Shown in pieces: positions 59,318-64,000 of a stretch of 64,000 bases of DNA. The notes below the pieces were generated by a model. It worked only from the letters and a program-made list of their open reading frames with translations, was not told the DNA's origin and ran no database searches. Position numbers and translations under genes: made by a program. The DNA is taken from assembly GCA_965279515.1 (NCBI GenBank), contig CBDIID010000003.1, forward strand, positions 4,416,001 through 4,480,000. Direction: 5' to 3'. This DNA is from Turneriella sp. (GTDB lineage: Bacteria; Spirochaetota; Leptospiria; Turneriellales; Turneriellaceae). Numbering within the stretch: the first letter of the stretch is position 1; each line of letters starts with the position of its first letter.

Positions 59318-60016
59318 ATGATCCGCATCATCGACGTTCACATTGACTATCAGCAAGGCGCAGGGGCTTTTGGCAGCGGAGGCGGCGAGCTTGTGCACGC
59401 CCTCAAGGGTGTCACGCTTGACATCAACAAGAATGATTATGTGGCCATCGTCGGCCCATCGGGTAGCGGCAAGAGTACGCTGATCACCGCGGTTGCCGGA
59501 CTCATCGGCCTCGTGAAGGGTGATATCTTCGTCGATAAATATAAACTCACCCGCGCCCGCCGCGCACGTCAGGCAAAAATCCGCGCGAAATATTTTGGTA
59601 TCATTTTCCAGTTTTCAGAAATGCTGGGGCGGTTTACGGTGGAAGAAAACCTGCGCTTCGCCTACGTCGCTGCGCATGGCGCGATCGACGATGGCTACCA
59701 TACGCGTCTCAACTATCTCGCCGAAATGCTCGATATGTTTCCGCTTTTGACATCCTACCCTGGCAAACTTTCAGGCGGGCAGCTGCAGAAAACGGCGATT
59801 GCCCGCGCCCTGGTAAAAGACTCGGCGTTTATTCTTGCCGATGAACCCTCGGGAGACCTCGATCCCGAGTCGGTCGCGCGTGTGAAAAAACTGCTGCGCG
59901 AGGAGCACGAACGCGGCAAGGGCATTCTCCTGGTCACGCACGATAACAAACTGGCTTCCGATGCGACTTCGGTCTTTGAGATGCGCGGCGGCAAAATCAG
60001 TTCTCACTTGAAATAA
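59318..60016 (+). CDS. ABC transporter ATP-binding protein (LolD/MacB-like)
   Basis: GPSGSGKST, LSGGQ, ILADEP and LVTHD. Confidence 0.92.
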   Translation: MIRIIDVHIDYQQGAGAFGSGGGELVHALKGVTLDINKNDYVAIVGPSGSGKSTLITAVAGLIGLVKGDIFVDKYKLTRARRARQAKIRAKYFGIIFQFSEMLGRFTVEENLRFAYVAAHGAIDDGYHTRLNYLAEMLDMFPLLTSYPGKLSGGQLQKTAIARALVKDSAFILADEPSGDLDPESVARVKKLLREEHERGKGILLVTHDNKLASDATSVFEMRGGKISSHLK

Positions 60017-60019
60017 TCC

Positions 60020-61051
60020 GTGACCGTTCTTTTTCAGGATGGTATTCCCGACATTTTTATCCCGGCGCTCGAAAGCCGGGGCTGCCGCATTCAGAAATTT
60101 CCGACGGACAATGCGGCGGCGCACCGCGTGTTTGCCGGCTGTGCCGATGCAGAGGTGATTTTTTTTCGCGCGAATTTCATTTTTGGCGCTGCAGAGGTGA
60201 AAGCCTTGCCGCGCCTGAAGCTCGCTGCCCTGGTGTCTACGGGCACAGATAATCTGGATGCCCGACCGCTGACCGAACGTGGCATCAAGCTTGTGACCGG
60301 CGAGGGCGCCAATGCGCAGGCTGTCGTTGACTACGTGGTGCAGGCACTGCTGTTGGGTGGATTTATTCCCGGGAAACACAGCGTCGGCGTCGTCGGCGCA
60401 GGACGCGTCGGCGGCAAAGTCTGGCAGTTTATGCGGTCTGTCGCGGCCGAGGCGGAATATTATGATCCCTTTAAAGCCTTTCCGGGTTCGCTCGAAAAAG
60501 TTCTCAGCTGCGATTTTGTGACTTTTCATGTGCCGCTGGCGCAAGGCGGGGAACATCCCACGGCAGCGATGCTGAACGAACGCTATTTTAAAGCGGCGAA
60601 GAAGACCATCCGTATTATTCAGGCCTGCCGCGGTGGCATCTGGGATGAAAATTTTTATCGTTCGCTGACGCCAATGGGGCGCATACAGATACTCGCGCAG
60701 GATGTTTATCCGCAGGAACCGCCGGCGGCCGCAGATCTTACGCGCGCGCAGTTTTCGACGCCGCACATTGCCGGCTATTCGACGCAGGGGCGCCTCGGCG
60801 GCATTCTGCGTGGCATTCGGGAGCTTATCCCGGATTTCGATGCGGGGGCTGTCTGGCCGCAGAGCCGGGCCTGGTTTCTCGACACAGAAGCGGCGCAGTT
60901 CACCGCGCCGGGAAAATTTATGGAAATCCGCGATCGCTATTTCTGGCGCAAGGAGTTCCATGAGTATAACGAGGCGGAACAGCTGGAGTTCCGTGAGAAA
61001 TTTCCGGAAATTCCTGCGGAATTTATGGATGCGCTGTTTGTATTGCACTGA
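60020..61051 (+). CDS. pdxB: D-2-hydroxyacid dehydrogenase, erythronate-4-phosphate dehydrogenase-like
   Basis: GTDNLD, G.NA.AV.DY, GAGRVG, TFHVPL, CRG and TPHIAGYS..G. Confidence 0.7.
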   Translation: MTVLFQDGIPDIFIPALESRGCRIQKFPTDNAAAHRVFAGCADAEVIFFRANFIFGAAEVKALPRLKLAALVSTGTDNLDARPLTERGIKLVTGEGANAQAVVDYVVQALLLGGFIPGKHSVGVVGAGRVGGKVWQFMRSVAAEAEYYDPFKAFPGSLEKVLSCDFVTFHVPLAQGGEHPTAAMLNERYFKAAKKTIRIIQACRGGIWDENFYRSLTPMGRIQILAQDVYPQEPPAAADLTRAQFSTPHIAGYSTQGRLGGILRGIRELIPDFDAGAVWPQSRAWFLDTEAAQFTAPGKFMEIRDRYFWRKEFHEYNEAEQLEFREKFPEIPAEFMDALFVLH

Positions 61052-61073
61052 AAAGGGTGAATAAATAGATATT

Positions 61074-61093
61074 TAAAGACCTTTTTATCTTAA
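61074..61093. promoter_or_regulatory. Operator-like inverted repeat resembling the cco/Rrf2 motif
   Basis: TAAAGAC-CTTTTT-ATCTTAA in an AT-rich intergenic region. Confidence 0.4.
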
Positions 61094-61130
61094 ATTATTG
61101 ACGCCTGCCGGCCCATTTCAAGGCTGGGGT

Positions 61131-62864
61131 ATGAATGGCGGAGCTATTGCAGCGGAAATCATTGCCCGGCGGGGCATCGATACCATCTTCACACTGATTG
61201 GTGGTCACATCTCGCCGATTTTGGTCGAGGCGAAAAAACGCGGGGTGCGGGTTATTGACACCCGGCACGAGGTAAACGCGGTATTCGCAGCCGATGCCTG
61301 GGCGCGGCTGAAAGGTATACCGGGGGTAGCGGTCGTGACTGCCGGGCCGGGCGTTACCAATACCATTACGGCCGTCCGCAATGCTCTCATGGCGGAATCC
61401 CCGCTGGTGCTCATCGGCGGTGCTACTGCAACAGCACTGCGCGGCCGCGGTTCACTGCAGGATATCGACCAGCTACAGCTCATCCGTTCGAATGTGAAAA
61501 AAGCGTTCCGCGCGGCGCGTGTGTGCGATATAGCGGAAATCATGAACGAGGCCTTTGCCACCTCTCAGCACGGCGTGCCAGGGCCGGTATTTGTCGAATT
61601 ACCTGTCGATCTGCTCTACGACGAAACGCTCGTGCGCGAATGGTATGCGGAATCTGCACCCAGGGGCAAGGGCGTCGTCGCGTGGGCTATCCGAACATAC
61701 CTGAAGTTTCATGTGAACCGGCTGTTTGGTGGTCTGCCTTCCCGGTTAATGCAGCCGCAGAAAGCCAAGCCGGCGCGCGGAATATCTTCGGCGGCCTGCG
61801 CGCGCATCGCCGCTGCTATCGCAAAAGCGGAGCGCCCGCTGATTCTCGCAGGAAGCCAGATAGTCGCTAACCCGCAGCAGGCAGGCGCTGTCGCGGCGGC
61901 GCTTACTGACATGGGTATTCCCGTCTATCTTTCGGGTATGGCGCGCGGTCTTTTGGGCCGCGAGAGCACAGTACAGTTCCGGCAGAAAAGGAAAGAGGCG
62001 CTGCGTGAATGCGATCTGGTCATTTTACTCGGCGTGCCGGCGGACTTCCGCCTGAATTATGGCGCGCATATAAACCGGCGTGCATTCCATATCAATGTCA
62101 ATCTCGATCGCCGTGCACTACGGAAAAACAAACGCCCCGATTCAGCCATCCACGCGGCCCCGGCGGAAGTCGTGCTGGGTTTGGCGAAAACAAAAGTCGC
62201 GGCTTCAGCGGCGCGCCTTTCGCCCTGGCTTCGGACTTTATCCGGGCGGGAGAAGCAGCGTGAGGCAGAAATCAAAAAAGATGCTGGCATTAAGACAAAG
62301 TATATCAATCCTGTGGATTTTTTTCTGCGCGCGGCCGAGGCGTTGCCGAAGAAGACAATCCTCATCGCCGATGGCGGCGATTTCGTCGCCACTGGCGCCT
62401 ATGTGCTGCGCCCGGGCGGACCGTTAACCTGGCTTGACCCGGGTGTTTTTGGCACGCTGGGTGTGGGCGCCGGTTTTGCTTTGGGAGCAAAGCTCGCCCG
62501 CCCCGATCACGAGGTAGTCATTCTCTACGGCGACGGTTCGGCGGGTTACAGCCTGATGGAGTTCGATACGTTCGCGCGCCATAAAATTCCCGTCGCGGCA
62601 ATTATCGGCAACGATGCCTGCTGGACACAGATCTACCGCGACCAGAAGGAGTTCCTGCATGATGATGTCGCCTGCATGCTGGCCTATTCGCATTACGACG
62701 GCGTCGCAAAGATATTCGGCGGCGAGGGCAAGACGATTGCGAAACCCGGAGAAATTGCCGGTGGCCTGAGGGCTTTAAAGGCGAGCCTCAGCCGGAAAAA
62801 ACCGTTTATCCTGAACGTGCTGATTGGCCAGAGCGATTTCCGCAAGGGCTCGTTATCCATGTGA
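61131..62864 (+). CDS. ThDP-dependent enzyme, ILVBL/HACL2 (2-hydroxyacyl-CoA lyase)/acetolactate synthase-like
   Basis: TRHE..AVFAADA, AGPG, WLDPG.FGTLGVG and ThDP motif GDGS...GNDA.W. Confidence 0.88.
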   Translation: MNGGAIAAEIIARRGIDTIFTLIGGHISPILVEAKKRGVRVIDTRHEVNAVFAADAWARLKGIPGVAVVTAGPGVTNTITAVRNALMAESPLVLIGGATATALRGRGSLQDIDQLQLIRSNVKKAFRAARVCDIAEIMNEAFATSQHGVPGPVFVELPVDLLYDETLVREWYAESAPRGKGVVAWAIRTYLKFHVNRLFGGLPSRLMQPQKAKPARGISSAACARIAAAIAKAERPLILAGSQIVANPQQAGAVAAALTDMGIPVYLSGMARGLLGRESTVQFRQKRKEALRECDLVILLGVPADFRLNYGAHINRRAFHINVNLDRRALRKNKRPDSAIHAAPAEVVLGLAKTKVAASAARLSPWLRTLSGREKQREAEIKKDAGIKTKYINPVDFFLRAAEALPKKTILIADGGDFVATGAYVLRPGGPLTWLDPGVFGTLGVGAGFALGAKLARPDHEVVILYGDGSAGYSLMEFDTFARHKIPVAAIIGNDACWTQIYRDQKEFLHDDVACMLAYSHYDGVAKIFGGEGKTIAKPGEIAGGLRALKASLSRKKPFILNVLIGQSDFRKGSLSM

Positions 62865-62872
62865 GCGCAGCT

Positions 62873-64000
62873 ATGCCAATAAAACCGAACCCGGCAACGA
62901 TCGATAAGATCTGGCTGAAACATTATGACGAGCATGTACCGCCGTCGCTAAAATACCCCGTGGTGAGCTTGCCCGTGATTTTCCGCGAGAGCACGGCAAA
63001 ACATGCCGGCCGCACGGCGCTGCAATTTCTGGGTAAGAAGCTGAGCTATGCGCAGATTGAGAAATCCGCCGTTGCCTTTGCTGCCTATCTGCGCGAACAC
63101 GGCATCGGCAAGGGTGATCGCGTCATGCTGATGCTGCCGAACAGCCCGCATTTTGTCATCGCCTATTACGGAATTCTCAAATGCGGTGCTGTTGTTGTGC
63201 CCGCCAGCCCGCTCGATACGCCGACCGAGGTCGAATTCAAATTCCGCAATTCGTGGGCCAAACTGATTATATTTCTCGACCTGCTTTATGACAAGGTAGA
63301 AACGGTTTTGCAGAATTCACCGAATATACCGGCCGTCGCTGCCGACGTCAGCGATTACCTGCCGTTTCCCAAAAACTATCTCTTCCGTCTGAAAAAGAAA
63401 AGCCTGGTCAAAAAACTTCCCAACTACAACCGCCCGGGCCTCAGGCGTTATGCGGAGGTTATCCGCGATTACCGCCGGCAAGAATTTACCGAAGCAGAAA
63501 TTTCACCGCAGGATACCGCGGTGATCATTTACACCGGCGGCACCACGGGTGTCTCGAAAGGCGTTGTGCTTTCGCATCATGCTCTCGTGGTTAACATGAC
63601 GCAGGCAAAGGCCTGGGGGCAGATCAGCCACAACGATATCGGGCTCTGCGTACTGCCGTTCTTCCACGGTTTTGGTATCAGCGTCGGTCTCAATACCAGT
63701 CTCTCTTCCGGCGGTAAGATGGTGCTCATGCCGCGCTGGGACGAAGCGCAGGCAATCCGGCATTTTGAAAAGGACGGCATAACGGTGTTCGCAGGCGTAC
63801 CGACGATGTATAGCGCGATACTGAACCATAAAAACTTTGCCCGCATGAAAAAGGCCCGGCTGCGCGGCTGTTTTGTCGGCGCTGCGCCGGTGCCCGAGAC
63901 ACTGAAGCGCGCCTTTCGCGAGAAGACCGGCGGCATTCTCATCGAAGGTTATGGTCTGACAGAGGCAGTCACTGCGAAGTGCGCAAATCCCTACCTTGGT
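62873..64000 (+). CDS. fadD: Long-chain fatty acid-CoA ligase (3' truncated by window edge)
   Basis: WLKHYDEHVP.SL.YP start, IIYTGGTTGVSKG AMP-binding motif, LPFFHGFG and IEGYGLTE. Confidence 0.92.
   Translation, partial: MPIKPNPATIDKIWLKHYDEHVPPSLKYPVVSLPVIFRESTAKHAGRTALQFLGKKLSYAQIEKSAVAFAAYLREHGIGKGDRVMLMLPNSPHFVIAYYGILKCGAVVVPASPLDTPTEVEFKFRNSWAKLIIFLDLLYDKVETVLQNSPNIPAVAADVSDYLPFPKNYLFRLKKKSLVKKLPNYNRPGLRRYAEVIRDYRRQEFTEAEISPQDTAVIIYTGGTTGVSKGVVLSHHALVVNMTQAKAWGQISHNDIGLCVLPFFHGFGISVGLNTSLSSGGKMVLMPRWDEAQAIRHFEKDGITVFAGVPTMYSAILNHKNFARMKKARLRGCFVGAAPVPETLKRAFREKTGGILIEGYGLTEAVTAKCANPYLG

Overview
Chromosomal window from what looks like a Leptospiraceae-type spirochete, possibly Turneriella-like. 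This taxon call is an inference from the FlbB-type collar gene, SpoVG, many spirochete-style lipoproteins and class III cyclases. It is dense with genes. I found no prophage, transposase, integrase or CRISPR array. In order, it holds: the end of an SGNH hydrolase; tRNA-Leu(CAG); a HEAT-repeat protein; YhhN; SpoVG; a complete cbb3 oxidase cluster (ccoI-S-NO-Q-P-G-H-DsbD-like) with a cardiolipin synthase and an Rrf2 regulator; queG; a class A PBP; an OM-barrel/matrixin/FlgO-like module; two class III cyclases; GDPD; aroG; an NmrA/AraC divergon; an SPFH protein; CIRCE-groESL; a DoxX-DinB-(hydrolase/DedA/ATP-grasp fusion) cluster; an OM barrel followed by two giant paralogous Ig-repeat lipoproteins; a sigma54-type promoter before a circularly permuted ATP-grasp/alpha-E pair; vapBC; the flgBC-fliEFGHIJ-orf-flbB flagellar operon; hemN; a 7TM-DISM hybrid kinase; an ABC ATPase; a pdxB-like gene; an ILVBL/HACL2-like ThDP enzyme; and a partial fadD. 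The best candidates for poorly described systems are the barrel plus giant-lipoprotein locus, the tri-domain ATP-grasp cluster, the sigma54/ATP-grasp pair and a putative Rrf2 operator motif seen at three loci. All family calls come from recognising motifs by eye; no database searches were run.
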